A stretch of DNA of 64,000 bases from Phoronis australis (lineage: Eukaryota; Animalia; Phoronida): NCBI GenBank assembly GCA_002633005.1, contig NMRA01000008.1, positions 1,259,080-1,323,079 on the forward strand. The letters run 5' to 3'. Under the pieces are notes generated by a model, which did no database searches, was not told where the DNA came from, and saw nothing but the letters and a program-made list of their open reading frames with translations. Position numbers and translations under genes: made by a program. Shown one piece after another: positions 11,758-24,983 of the stretch (its first letter is position 1; each line of letters opens with the position of its first letter).

Positions 11758-14172
11758 TGCATATTCTTTCTTATCCACAACTCAAATCAAAAAACATGTT
11801 CATTACTGAATTTCACAAAATGTGTCTTGGGCATTTCCAAATCATGCAGGTGAAAAGAAGTCGGAAAAGCTATTTTGACAGGATTGCTCAAGATATTTTT
11901 CTAAAATATTCAGTTTTCGTTTTATGCAAATTACACAAGTCCTATTTTTATGACCCTGGTACAAAAGTGAAACATTTTCGAAATAACTCTTAACAGACTT
12001 GTAGAACAGTGTACAAAGCGTAGCACGTGAAAGTTTCATAGACCAGTCAGTCGTTTATGAGATAGGATGTTCTGAAGTCAACCAAATAAAGATATTTTTC
12101 AAAGCAGTGTTTAGCCTACATGAAGTTAATGTAGGACCTCATCAACAAGCTTTTGTGTTTATCCAAATATAAAAAACTATGGATTTTAAGTCAGTAATAT
12201 TTTCGGGAAAACCTGTAGAATTAGATTTTTTAACCATCAGCCCTTGGTTGGGTCGCGTGACCATGTCTTATTGGTAAAATTTTCCAAAAAGAAAAGTACA
12301 TTTGATATGAAAACTTGTACCAATAACATAACTAAATCTCATTTCCTATAAAACCTCATAAACACTGTTAGTTTTCCAATTCACTGTTTCATTTTTGATG
12401 TAGTTTTTGAAATTCTTCACAAAAATCACGTAAAAATACTAAGTCCCATTTTTGATAGCCCCTCATAAAGAAGTGGAGCGTTTTGAAAACAATTCCTAAA
12501 CAGAGATTGGGAGAACATAAAACATCGAATCTGAAAGTTTCATTATGATCCTGATCAGCCATTTGTGAAATATGATGTTTCCAAGTTTGCCAAATTAGGA
12601 CATTTCTGTACAGTCCTGCCTACATCAGGTAACTGATTCAGTAACAGTGCTACAGTTTTCAAAAATGTTGATGTCGAAGTGATGCTCAAAACTTTCAAGA
12701 GACCTGACAGAACATTAAATCATTTGAAAATTAGCTGGTCAGGAAATGTTTGCTTCTCAATTTCGCCAATTATCAAGTTGTTGGAAATACTGTTCAGTGG
12801 TTGCCTGAGAGTGGATGCTTGCCAAAAAATTGAACTTACCCTGAATGCACTACTGCAAAAGCACACTTGGCTCTCTCATAAAATTGAAATCTTTCAACTT
12901 TTTCAAAGACAATCTGTAACATAAAACACTGCAGCTTAATTTCTTGGTCACATATCTGGTGATGCTTGGCTAATTCCATTGATTGATTTTTTCCAGATAC
13001 ATTTTACGGTGTGAGTTTTTATTGAAGTAACTAGAGGTCCTTGAATTTCGATACAGATCTGTGACTGGGATTCCCAATTATTTCCCAACTGTCAGGTTAT
13101 ACAACCATTTTATGACATAAACTTATGGCATCGATGACAAGTTTAGGTGATCAAAGCATAAAGCATAGCACCAACTTAGGCGACAACAGGGTGGACGTCA
13201 CTAGACTGAGCTGCAAGTTTTGTCAAAACAGAATCTACAGATCTGATCAGAAGATGAGACCAAGTTTAAAAGAATTCAGGGAGAGGATTCTTAGATCGTC
13301 CAGTAGCCATTTTCCATTTTGGGAAAACATGTTGAAATTTGCTGTGTTGCTAGATGGCGATGCAGTACTTTGAATGCAAATGACTTGTGCAATTCCACCT
13401 GCGGTTTGCATGTAACTTGGACAGGGATTTTAAAGCGGCAGAATTTTACATTTTCTAAATTCTTTGCTAACAGTCTGCCTTCAAATCACAATTACTCTGC
13501 GGTGGGACGTTCAAATGATTCACGTAGAAAAGGCCAATGTTACTAAGTGTCCGTGAACGAAAGAAATTGAGTATCATCTTTCTTAACTCTGCCGGTCTCG
13601 ACAAGCACAATTTAAAGTTGATTGCAACAGTTGTGCTCTCCCATTGCTATATTCCATATCAAATGTTTCCTATTTTGTATATACAGTATAGGACAAAAGT
13701 AATCAGACAAAACACCATTTTCCCACCGTGACAGCTAATCAATAGGTTAATAGTAAAAATGACTGGTAATGACTTTTGTATTGGCCAAATTCCAATTACA
13801 GAATGGCTTAACCATCGTACTAACTTTCCTGTTAATTTGCATTAATTCTCAGTCATGACGGAATGCTACTCTGATACCGAGTTCTCAGCTCAAGCATCAC
13901 CACGGGGAATTCCAAGTCATTTTGTCAGAATACTTTTGGCCTGTACTGTACGGCAGCTTTGGGAAAGTGTTATACTCAAGTACCAGCTCTTCATTGACCC
14001 CCAGAGATGTAGAAGTAAAGTTTCACTGACCACGCAAATTTGAAGAGGATGCCAACCAGAAAGAAACTAGCCACACAACTGCCATAAAAAGCAAATATTG
14101 TAAATTTACAAATATTTGACCTAGGGTACCTAATTGTAGATAAGGTTCAACATAACCTTGACACTGACCGAA

Positions 14173-14250
14173 GGCGGCAGGGTGGCCTAGTTGGGTATGT
14201 CTCTGCTTGCTTCCTTTACTCAAGTTTGTGGGTTTGAGTCCCACTGGGGT
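14173..14250 (+). mobile_element. tRNA-derived SINE head (degenerate)
   Basis: A-box TGGCCTAGTTGG and B-box-like GGTTTGAGTCCC, with no intact cloverleaf. Confidence 0.5.
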
Positions 14251-17234
14251 ACACTGCTAAAGCCAGGTCTGCAGCTCCTCAGCCCGGTTTTAACTACACA
14301 TCAAATAAAGCATAAAAATGGTCCAGGTGATCCGTGCAATAGGCCCACCTGACCGGCCTGTGCACGAGTGGTGCAATGTGTACCAGACCACCTGCAATTA
14401 TTACTTTTTTATTTCATTGACACTGGCCATATTCTTGCAATAAATATCCACAAGTAACGACTCACATATTTCCCTTCTGCTTCCGCCACAGTCTTCTCAT
14501 AGTCTGCCCACACAGGAGGCTCACAGCCTTGATCGCTAGGCACTTGCTGCATTACAGCTACCTGCAGAAACAATTGAACATCAGGGCCCAGTTGCATAAA
14601 AGTTATATTCAGCCCAGGGCCCTGTTTCACGACTTAAGATATTTTGTCTAAGGCTCCCACTTCAAAATTTCTGGAAAAGGTTTAGCCGCAGCAATTGCGG
14701 GCACATCACAGTCTAGAAATTAAGTGCAGAAATTATTTTAATATCCAGCAGTTATGCGTACATTTTCTTAGAAATTTAACACTTCTGTTCAAGTAAAAAT
14801 TACTTATAACAAGTAGCTGCATGAAGTATAAGACCAAATTTCTGACAGAAATCATTTAAAGTCACTTTTCCTGAAACAGACCCCAGTGTTTGCAAGCAAT
14901 CTGAACCCAGAGACCATGTTGCTGAAATAATTTCAGGGTCCCAAGACGATGCCTGCGACGGCGAATACCCACCAAGTGACACTTCTCAACCAACCACCTC
15001 CAATAGGAGGGCTCCCCGGGTTATCTCATTTTGGGGTCTGAACATATTGACGAGAGTGAAGGTAACAAAGAGGATATAAACAAACTTACCAACTTTTGAT
15101 TTACTGCTATGAATTTGGTCTCAAATTGTTTCCTCATCATATTAGAGAAATTACACTTTGTTATTTCTTGAGACCAGCTCATCAAGTTGGTTTTTCATGG
15201 CACATCATTTTTTGCCCCGAGCGTGGTCTTGAGGAATAACAAACTGTCTGTTCTTTACAAAACCCAAAAATGACTTCTCTTAGTAAGGGGCAAGCTGAGA
15301 TCAATTTTTTAACGGAAAATGGTCTAAATCAAAAGTTCGATTCGTGAACGCAATGTAGGTTTAAATTTATAGATCTTCAGAACAGAGCAAAATATAAGGG
15401 AGAAAAGTGGATTTCGTTTTGTCACATTTCTTAAACGAGTATTATCAAAATTAAGATTTTAGTTATTTTTTCTACTGACATTCAAAGGTTTTGATTACGC
15501 AAATGTCATCAAGATCAAACAGATGATAAAATTTTAGGATGTAAATTGTTGTAAATGTTGAAATATAGGAAATAACTGAAAAATTGATCAAACAAAATGC
15601 GTCTTTTAAATTACTCGGACAAAATTTAAGTGAAACTACTCACAGGATGCGGGACATAGGTATCCAGTGGAAACAGGTGTAAAATTGCCTTCAAAAGACT
15701 GGGAATGTCGTGACCTACAAAATAACCAGAGAGACGTTGGATCTCAGTTTTCATTCAGCACAGGGTGAAACATAGAGTGTGACCTCAAGCTCTGGAGGGT
15801 TGCAGCACGGTATATATACAATGTCATTTGTCAACCATATTGTGACCTGATAAGATTCTGGCGTAAGGCCAACAAAACAATATTTTGGTTCTAGCCTTTA
15901 CCTAACTGCCAAATTCCCGTTCTTGTTTTCAAAACCATGCAAGTTAGTTTGAGAGACGACTTCACTGACTTAAAAATAGATTATGACCGCTATGTCGCAT
16001 TCATCAACTCGGCTTCCCCTAACTACAAAATTAATGTTCCATCATCACGAAAATGCTTATCAAATCATATGATAATGACTCAACATTTCATGTTCACAAC
16101 CAAATGACATGATTGGATTTATTTCAACCAATAGAAAGCTGGAATGCTAAACGTGGTACTGAAAGCAATGTAATGAGGAGACAAACAGTCAAACAGTCAG
16201 AAACTTTGTAAACACAGACATGCCAGTAGCTTCATCTTTCACTGTGAGATTCCAAACTTAGCCTCTGAAATTCGAAGCACAAGCTCAGTAGATAACGGTC
16301 ACCGTATTATGATAGTCTGGCTTATCTTCTGATTCAGAACCGACAAGTTTTGACGTGTTCATCTGGACAAATTGACTTAGCTAATGTTACCATAAGTGCA
16401 TGCGGGAGGTCACTCCTTTCCAAGATGTCTGCCTGGATAACACCGAGTCACGATTAAACAAATCCCTTTCACAACGCCCATTTTTGCACATTGTTCACCG
16501 AATTCTGAAAACAGCTTTAGCTTAACAAGTTCTGGATAACTCTATAGCCGGACCGTATTTTGCTAAAAACAGCTATGAACAGACGTCCCGAGTCATTTTT
16601 GGTTGGTAACTGCATTCATCCAGTAACACATTTTAGGAGATGTACAAAAAATCCACGATAAAAAATTATATCGAAGCGCCCCTGGCAATAATCAATTGAT
16701 AATACCATCGTTGAATTAGAAATGTCAATAAAACAGCAAAGTCTGGTTGGGGATTACCAGATCTGTACACTTTATTTGAAGACAGTCGTACCATCAGCTC
16801 GTATCTCCTTCGCCCCCTTAGCACGGCAAACAGAGCTTGTTGGGAAATGCGTATCAGCCAAAACTGAAAAGACATATGTAGTTTACATTCACACTAGTTG
16901 AACGCAGCAATTCTTCAATGAATTACCTCTTACAAAAATCAGAGACAGATACAGGATTTAGGGGGAGAAATATATGTTTGACAAGAGAGGGCGTGTTTAA
17001 GTGATGAAGAACATCTCAAAACACACGGTAATCAAATACAGTAGGCACATCTCAACACAATGCTCTCTCGATTTTGGAAGCTGCCAGTTTTGTAAGAAAC
17101 GCTACAAAATCTGACATTTAGTATTTCTGTAGTGAATGCCTTTCAACTGCAAACATCAGTATAGGCTATAGTTAAGGGCAGGGGTTAATACAGGATTTCA
17201 AAATAGGGCGTAAAAAATGGGTTTCTCAAAATCT

Positions 17235-17440
17235 CAGGGTGTCCATGACCAATGACTCGTGCCTGTGAGTTCTTGACCCAAAGTCAGATTGCTGTTATAG
17301 GCTGGTGTGTTAGTGTGGAGATGTGGACCATCCGCAATGAGGTGCCAATATTTACTTCACTTGGGCATCCAAATGCTTAACAGGGATTCCTAGATAGAGT
17401 GTGTCTACATTTGCCTCAGTATGTCCAGTTGGACACCCTG
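17235..17440. mobile_element. Small MITE with 11-bp TIR CAGGGTGTCCA
   Basis: Perfect inverted ends cagggtgtcca / tggacaccctg. Confidence 0.45.
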
Positions 17441-18120
17441 GACAACGTCCAGATGAAGGCCTGGTTAAGGGTTAACTGCAGTCTGTTATGGCCGTCGTTG
17501 GCACAACTCAGTAGCCGTCCCGTGAACTAATACAAGCATAACATCAATGGTGAGCTCTTTTTTGAATTGCGAATCATCCACAAAGCATTACAAACAAAAT
17601 GACTACATCTAAAGCAGAAAAAAAATATTTAATTTCTTCATTATGAGAGTTAAGTGGAAGACCTCCCGCATTGTCAGTACCCTACATTCCCTGAAAAAAT
17701 CCCCGAATTTCCAGCACTGGCTCTGGGACCTTTGAGAGCTCTGCATAGTGAATGTCAGTGATTTCTATCATGCTTAAAAGTCATAGCTAATGGATTTATT
17801 GCTCAGTTCCGCGTAAAAAGAAAGGATGAGCAATTCAGAAATCGTGAAATTGTAGGTTGTTTGCCCAGTGTAACGACTGTAATGGTTCTTGTACTTATCT
17901 ACTGACCAAGTATAAGGTCCCGTCAATATTGGGGCATTTTTGTGAATATCAGTTTTCCGGTTAGCGTACCGTACTACTCTTCGAATAAAACAGTTTGACA
18001 TGCATTGGAGGATAAGCGATGTCTTAAAAGCATTTAACATCTAATTTGGTCACCGTGTTTTGTTTCCATTTGTTGTAATGTAACTTAGTTGCATACTAAA
18101 AGAATAATCCATGTGACATT

Positions 18121-19049
18121 GTTAATTGTAATCAGTGTTTGTAAATCCTCGGAGTATTTCAATACACATGACGGATGCTTATCTTCCATCGTAACCAATG
18201 TTTGTAATTTTTAGCTTATTACTCGAGTTCATGAATTTTTAAAAATCAAAAACCACACTTAGATGATTTTTTACAACTGAATAACGCTGTGATGTTTATT
18301 TTTAACGGCAATTATTGGTTTATGTATTTTGAAAGTTCCCAGTACGTACAGGCAGAGATGTTTACTACGGCCCAGTAACTACACTTAATTTGGTGTTGCT
18401 CATACCAGAAAATGCGGTCATCACAACTATGCTCGACTACGGAGCCAAGCTCTCTTTGATCCTGGTAAAAGACCCCCAGGAAGACCAGCAGTGAAAACTC
18501 CTGCATATCTTTAGAAATGTGTGTATTCCTCGTTATTAAAGCGCATTATTCACGGCACGAGGCTGGCTCAGTTCACACAGTACTACCGTACGTCTAACAG
18601 AAAGGTTGCCCGTTTTCTTCATACCGTAAATAATACTCACACAAGTAATTCACAGATTTCTAAAGATATGCGGGAATTTTCATCGCTCGTCCTTCTGAGC
18701 GGTTTTTACCAGGATCAAAGAGAGCGCGGCGCCAGAGTGCGATGCAGTTGAGATGACCGCATTGTCCAGTGCTAGCAAGACCAAATTAAGCGTAATTACC
18801 CGACCATAAAGTGTAGTAAACATATCTGCCTGTACACACTGTCGAATTTTCAAAATGCATTAACCAATAATTTTCGTTAAAAACGAACACCTCGGCAGTA
18901 TTCAGCTGGAAAATCAACCAAGTACGGTTTTCGATTTTTAAAAACGAACTAAGAAGCTAAAATCTACAAATATTGGGTATGATTGAAGATAAACGACCAT
19001 GCATATTGATGTACTCGGTGGATTTACAAACGCTGATATCAGAGTTAAC
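18121..19049. mobile_element. Long-armed palindromic (foldback/MITE) element, arms about 400 bp, spacer about 125 bp
   Basis: 18121-18523 aligns in reverse complement with 18650-19049, e.g. ctctctttgatcctggtaaaa / ttttaccaggatcaaagagag and gcatatctttagaaat / atttctaaagatatgc. Confidence 0.85.
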
Positions 19050-19102
19050 TAGGAAACAGTAACTCAGTTGTGCCCACTGTTCATTTTTATGACTGATAAA
19101 AA

Positions 19103-19212
19103 GGCAATAGTCTTATATAACGTGCCCGTATTTTGAGAACCAGTTTTATGCCCGTTATTCAGTGGAGAAAACTGGCTCTCAAAATTCGGGCACTTTATAT
19201 CAGACCATTACC
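19103..19212. mobile_element. Short palindromic MITE
   Basis: ggcaatagtcttatataa.gtgcccg.attttgagaaccagtttt pairs with aaaactggctctcaaaattcgggcactttatatcagaccattacc. Confidence 0.7.
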
Positions 19213-21210
19213 AACAAAAAGCTAGAATAATTATGTAGTCGGCGCAACAGAAATTGTCCTGAGACTGCTGAATTCCAAATCTTCAGTCATATTTGCACTT
19301 TTGTATATTTTATGATTAGAACTCTAATGAAGATTAAACTTGAACAAATGACACGTGTCATTTTGTTTGCCGTGAATTGTTTAGTGTAGCTGCATACGTA
19401 ATCTGGAAAGTTCAGGGATGGATTCACAATTAACTAAAAATAACGATATCAACCCGTTTTCGATAAATAAAAGAAAAAACAAACAAACAGGAGTATTGAA
19501 AATGAAATAACAAAAACTGGTATGAAACATATTTAAAACCATCGTTCCTTTGGGAAGTGGCTCTTTGTCAAGATAAACACAAATGAACTTTTTTTAGTCA
19601 TTTTCACGGGTGAGAAACAACATGACCGCCGGTCCTCTAAACAGGACCTCCGGGGATCAAATGGGACCNTGAGCACTGAGTGACCGATGTAAGCGAGAAA
19701 TCCTCCACATCTTGGAGATGGTAACTGGGTAAGGGGTAATTCCATACTACTCACCGAAAACTTTTGAAATATTATCAATTATGTCAAAGTAACGAGATGT
19801 AAGGGGTTTTCTTGGCAGATGGCGACATGGGAGGGGAATCCCACGGCCACGGCCTCGAAACCTGAATCGCTTGTTAATCAGTGCCGTATTGCCGTAAAAA
19901 CTGTCAGAAACTGAACTTCAAGTTTCTCAAAACTCAAGGCAGAGAAATATTCTTCATTTTCTCAAAAGATGCCGACTGGAAACGAGAGAATCTCAAAGCT
20001 CGCAAAAAGTTGACGATTCTCTATGGACATATTCTGTAGGCCCTACTCGCGCCACGGAGACGAATGAGCTTTGTTCGCAAGTGTAGGCCTACGTATGCAC
20101 ACTCACGTTTAGGCAGAGGTTAAGGAACAAAATGAAGACTTCAGTTTATTAACTCACCCACCTATTTCGTCCCCATGCCCCATTGAACATAATGCATGCA
20201 GAAGGTCAGGTGAAATAATTCCAGGGACGTTTTTGAGAGGCATCTTGTAGATCAAGTTTCGAGGGGAAAAGCCTCCTCAGCGCTCCACACTTTCCTTCAC
20301 AGCGCCCCCATGTGCTAACATTGACTACTAAACCCAATGCGTTATTTTTATCTCATTGAGTAAGCCTAGCAGCAGCGCGGTAAGTCCGGGTATGGAGAAT
20401 TATAACAAATAAACATTAGCACATCCTAGAGAGCCGACTAGAAATTAAAATTATATATAGAACAGTTAAAGTAGCTAAATGTAAACAGACAGAATAAAGT
20501 TAAACTATTTATATATACAGATACAACAGAACATACGGACGACATCGAAATAGCCACATTTACGAAGGTCAGAGGTTACACGCGCCGTCGGTGTACAAAG
20601 ATGACACACTGAGAGCGCAGGTAAGCCATTGCACCTGTCATGAGTGTCTGAGTCATTAATGATTCTCAGAGAGAGTTAGGAAGTTTAGTTGTTCCGCAGT
20701 TTGCTCTAGGTTGCAAACAGGATTTAAACTATTCAGTAGGATAAAGTGTTGAAGCAAGTGTATTCTCAGATCTCAGCTGACTCATGTGACGTCATAACGT
20801 GAAGAGAATGTTGCTATATCACTACAATGTGCTTGAAGACTTCAGAAGCCTAGTGTTTTTTTTTTAAATTCTCCATGTCATCAGCATCATTAAAATTCCC
20901 CAGGTCTTAAGCAGAGCATTTAATTTTACTCTAGAATCCCACAGCTAGGGATAGCTTGCATCTGAATAGTCAACTAAGATATAGCCTTCAAAACTCAATT
21001 TTCTTAGAAATTTCCACCCCGGTGCCATTGTAGCTCGAGGGCGGCAGGTTAGATCTGAACATAAGCAAGAAATGATTTCATTTTTATCAGTATTCATTTG
21101 GGTGGCGTAGTCTAAACAGTTCAGTAATTTGTCTAAAAGCTTTCTGGCATATTGTGTCGACATGTCAGGAATTTTTACTTTGCCCGGCCGCGGCTCAATA
21201 GTTACTCCGA

Positions 21211-22133
21211 GATGTTTAACAAATTATTACATTTAACTCTCATCAGTATTTACAACCAGAAAAAACTTTTCAGGCTCGCATACTTCTTGTTTAGAGAGAA
21301 TAATGGCTTTAGCTGATTGCTATGGCAACGCCTCAGTCTAGGGTCCGGAAACTAGTGCATTCCACGGCCGCCGTCCAGTGAGACCCAGAGGCGCGAAAAC
21401 GCAAGCTAGATCACAAGTCTTCGCGAAATTTCGCCATGCATTACAAGCCAAGTAACTGATCACAATGATCTTTTACGTCGAGTGTTTTGGTCAACGGAAC
21501 TTTCCTTCGGACCACGCCGGAGAACTTATTTCGATCTATTAGAAGTACCGGTAAGCCACCCATGCTATATTTTCCAACGGCGATTTCAATGGTATGCCGC
21601 ACACCGCATTTCAATTGAAGTGGAAGGGCTCGAGTGTATAGTAAAACGTATAAAGCACATTAAATTTATTGNGATGTTTAACAAATTATTACATTTAACT
21701 CTCATCAGTATTTACAACCAGTAAAAACTTTTCAGGCTCGCATACTTCTTGTTTAGAGAGAATAATGGCTTTAGCTGATTGCTATGGCAACGCCTCAGTC
21801 TAGGGTCTGGAAACTAGTGCATTCCACGGCCGCCGTCTAGTGAGACCCAGAGGCGCGAAAACGCAAGCTAGATCACAAGTCTTCACGAAATTTCGCCATG
21901 CATTACAAGCCAAGTAACTGATCACAATGATCTTTTACGTCGAGTGTTTTGGTCAACGGAACTTTCCTTCGGACCACGCCGGAGAACTTATTTCGATCTA
22001 TTAGAAGTACCGGTAAGCCACCCATGCTATATTTTCCAACGGCGATTTCAATGGTATGCCGCACACCGCATTTCAATTGAAGTGGAAGGGCTCGAGTGTA
22101 TAGTAAAACGTATAAAGCACATTAAATTTATTG
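21211..22133. other. Tandem duplication of a 461-bp unit joined at a single N (21672), probably an assembly/haplotype overlap artefact
   Basis: 21211-21671 matches 21673-22133 with about 4 substitutions, and the junction is an N. Confidence 0.8.
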
Positions 22134-22605
22134 TCAAATAAATCAAGTAAAACTGAAGCCGGAAGCAAAATGACTGCCCCTTCTAAATATCATACAACCC
22201 TCGTCTTAATTAAGTGTAGCGCCCACGTATGGTTTAGTTCGCCATGGCCGAGTGAGCTCTTGAAAAAAATCGGATGTCCAGGTACAGAAATTCTCGGAGA
22301 TTTTTCCGTTTAGCTGCGCCTACTACAGGGCTAGTGACTCATTTCCTGAAAAGGTAAACATCGCGAGTCGACCAGTAAATATTGGTTATGAGCTCCTCGT
22401 TTACTTGAGGACAAAATAGGTTCAAATCAAATGCACTTCGCAATTTATACGGGGTCTTACTTATCATGTTTCTGCTTTTTCTTGTCAATACTCTCTGTAC
22501 TCTTCGTGGTATGGGCCGCATGTCGGCGGGTTAAAACCACTATATATGTACTTGAAACCGACTTAATTTGGTCAAGGGATAAAATTAAGGCCATTTTCGT
22601 AAGTG

Positions 22606-22894
22606 CATAGGCGGATTTAGGGGACAAGGGGTCGCCCCCCCCCTTGGCTGGCGCAAGCAAAATGAAACAGCAACAGCGTGAAGCGTGAGGAAATAAATAT
22701 TGAGCTCAGGAACTAGGACCGGTAGCGGACGAGGCTCAGGCGCAGAAACACGCTCCCGTTTTTTTATTTTTAGTCCACCGATGGATTATCCGAACAGATG
22801 GTATACATACTCGGCCCCGTAACTTTCGGGCCGCCTGTGCACAACATACAATCGCGCTTTGCCCAATTCCCCGAGGGTGTTGGGGCCGCCACTG
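22606..22894 (+). mobile_element. MITE of the CA(T/G)(A/T)GGCGGAT family with 5-bp TSD AAGTG
   Basis: aagtg|cataggcggatttagg ... ccgccactg|aagtg. The internal sequence is shared with 29297-29623 and 37942-38229. Confidence 0.85.
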
Positions 22895-24211
22895 AAGTGG
22901 TGTGAATTAAAAGCATTCTTTTGTGATAGAAGATTGTTTTTTGCCGCTTTAAATAACTTAAATAATACCACTTGCCACCACAGACACTAAGCAATTTGTT
23001 TATCCATGTTGAACAAAATAAGCATGACCCGAACTTCTTACGATTATTTTGCAGAGTTTAGAAAAAAGCTTTACATTGTTTTCTTTGTGGCAAGTCCATG
23101 AGTACAACAAGCATTCAAGGACAGTGAAATTTTGGCCAGGCAAACGGCTTTTACGTTCTTTCGTAAATTTTCCCACGGAAAATGCTTAATCACAGAAGTG
23201 ACGAGTTTTGCAAGAATGCAATTGTGACTGGTCAAAGGATGATAACAATAACTTTCGTGTTGGCCATTCTAATTCTCTGGGAAGCCTGGTTTCGCTCTTA
23301 TTTTCTGTCTATTTTTAGAAACCAAACAAGTCAATACAAACTGCAGTATGTTTGTAAGCGTGCTAGCCAAGCTTCGCAGTCCATGTCTCTCGAATTCGTA
23401 TATTGTTGGGGTGGGCCAAACAGCTTTCTATACAAATTCTAGTATTTAAATCACATGAAATATTCCAGTTAACAAAGCATATTCATTAATCGTAGTGGGC
23501 GGGGTGTTCGCAGATAAATGAACGTGACACAATACCGAAAATCGGGCCGAGATCATTTCATATAAACCTGGATAATGGTGAATTCACGCACCAGATCGAA
23601 TATACACGACCTTCCGGTTTTATGTATTCATATTTAAAAGTCGAGGGTGAATCGTTATATCGTAAATATTATATCTAGGCATGTGTAGTGTACTTATGGT
23701 CCGTTAATGCATTTTCTTATGAATGTTTACCGAAATCTTTGAAAATTTATCACATGACCACAAAAAGATGCATCGAAAATTTTCAGTCGAATAAACATCT
23801 TGCGTAAATATTCCTTAAAAATAAACAGAAGAGGCAAGAATGAGACAACAAATTTGTGTGTGCGCGGCGGAGGAGGGCCGGTGTTCAGTCACATTACTGT
23901 ACCATTGGTCACAAAACGTTTTCGAAAACGAACTCTAAGGACATATTCAAAGTATTTTGAATGGATGTTGAATTTACATAGCCATTTTAACATATCGAAC
24001 TTAAAAACACCAGTCGTTGATTCCCATCCCTCCTAGATTCATTACGACAGGAGAACGCCGGCGCAACATAGACATTTAAAAGAAATGAAACAGGTCATCA
24101 AAAACTAAACAGAATTTAGGTAAACATATCTGACTAAATCATGTGAGCACTTTCCACAATTATAGCGTCGGACAAGACGCCAAGGGACGCCAAATCGTAG
24201 ATCACACTTTC

Positions 24212-24367
24212 CTGCCTCCCGTTCAGTAACGCTAGGACCTCGCTAAAAAGCAACACTTCGCGAGATTACGTGAGATATTGCCGTGCATTTTAAATGAAAA
24301 CACGTGACTTTGACTAGGTTTTACTAGGTCCTAGCGTAGGTCCTAGCGTCTACTGAACGCACGCCTG
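24212..24367 (+). mobile_element. MITE (CGTTCAGTA...TACTGAACG TIR), with an inverted copy at 39233-39389
   Basis: Near-identical reverse-complement copy at 39.2 kb. Confidence 0.8.
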
Positions 24368-24389
24368 ATTTCCTTCTAATCTTTTTAAT

Positions 24390-24635
24390 TGAAATTAGGT
24401 TATTGGCAGTTTCTACTCTACTTTTGTGCGAACTCAACATAAGTGTCTATTTTTCTATGCTCGAGTACATAATGACCATAATGACTTATGTGGATATTTT
24501 TTTAGTTCTAGTCTGCAGTTGATAAACCCAACATTAAGGCCAAATGTTGGAGTTTGAACTTGAAATTTCGAGTTTTTACTAGTTTGCAGCACGAATATTA
24601 GGGTCATTAAGTGCAAACTTGGACTAGAAACTCAC
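24390..24635 (+). mobile_element. Partial copy of the MITE at 48471-48872
   Basis: gaaattaggtt..tttctactctacttttg.gcgaactcaa.ataagt...gaaatttcgagtttttactag is shared between the two. Confidence 0.75.
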
Positions 24636-24832
24636 TGGCCAGCCAGCTAACTGTATGAAGACTATCGTCAAAATATAGCTAGGGACCACTTAGCCAGCCA
24701 GCCAGCTGTATGAAGACTGTCGTCAAAATACAGTACCACGTGTGTATTTCTTCCATAGACCTCGAAATTGCACACAGCCAGGGTAGTTCTTCTCGTCCGC
24801 AACTCGCCGTGAAACCATAGATTATAGACAAC

Positions 24833-24983
24833 AGGGTCCAGTTGCATAAAAGTTATACGCTGTGTAGCAACAATGACGTCGCATTATCAAGCGTCACGTT
24901 ATTGTTGAACAATGCACCTAACGTCATGCAACAATTAAACTTATCCAGCGGATAACCTTTGAAGCTTTATGCAACTTGGCCCT
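24833..24983. mobile_element. MITE with TIR AGGG(T/C)CCAGTTGCATAAA; one end also occurs at about 14582-14607
   Basis: agggtccagttgcataaaag ... ctttatgcaacttggccct. Confidence 0.7.

Noticed and set aside
21211-22133. Tandem duplication giving two near-identical ORFs (MFWSTELSFGPRRRTYF...)
   Set aside because: The junction is an N and the copies differ by about 4 SNPs, which points to a contig/haplotype overlap artefact. The peptide is not recognisable.
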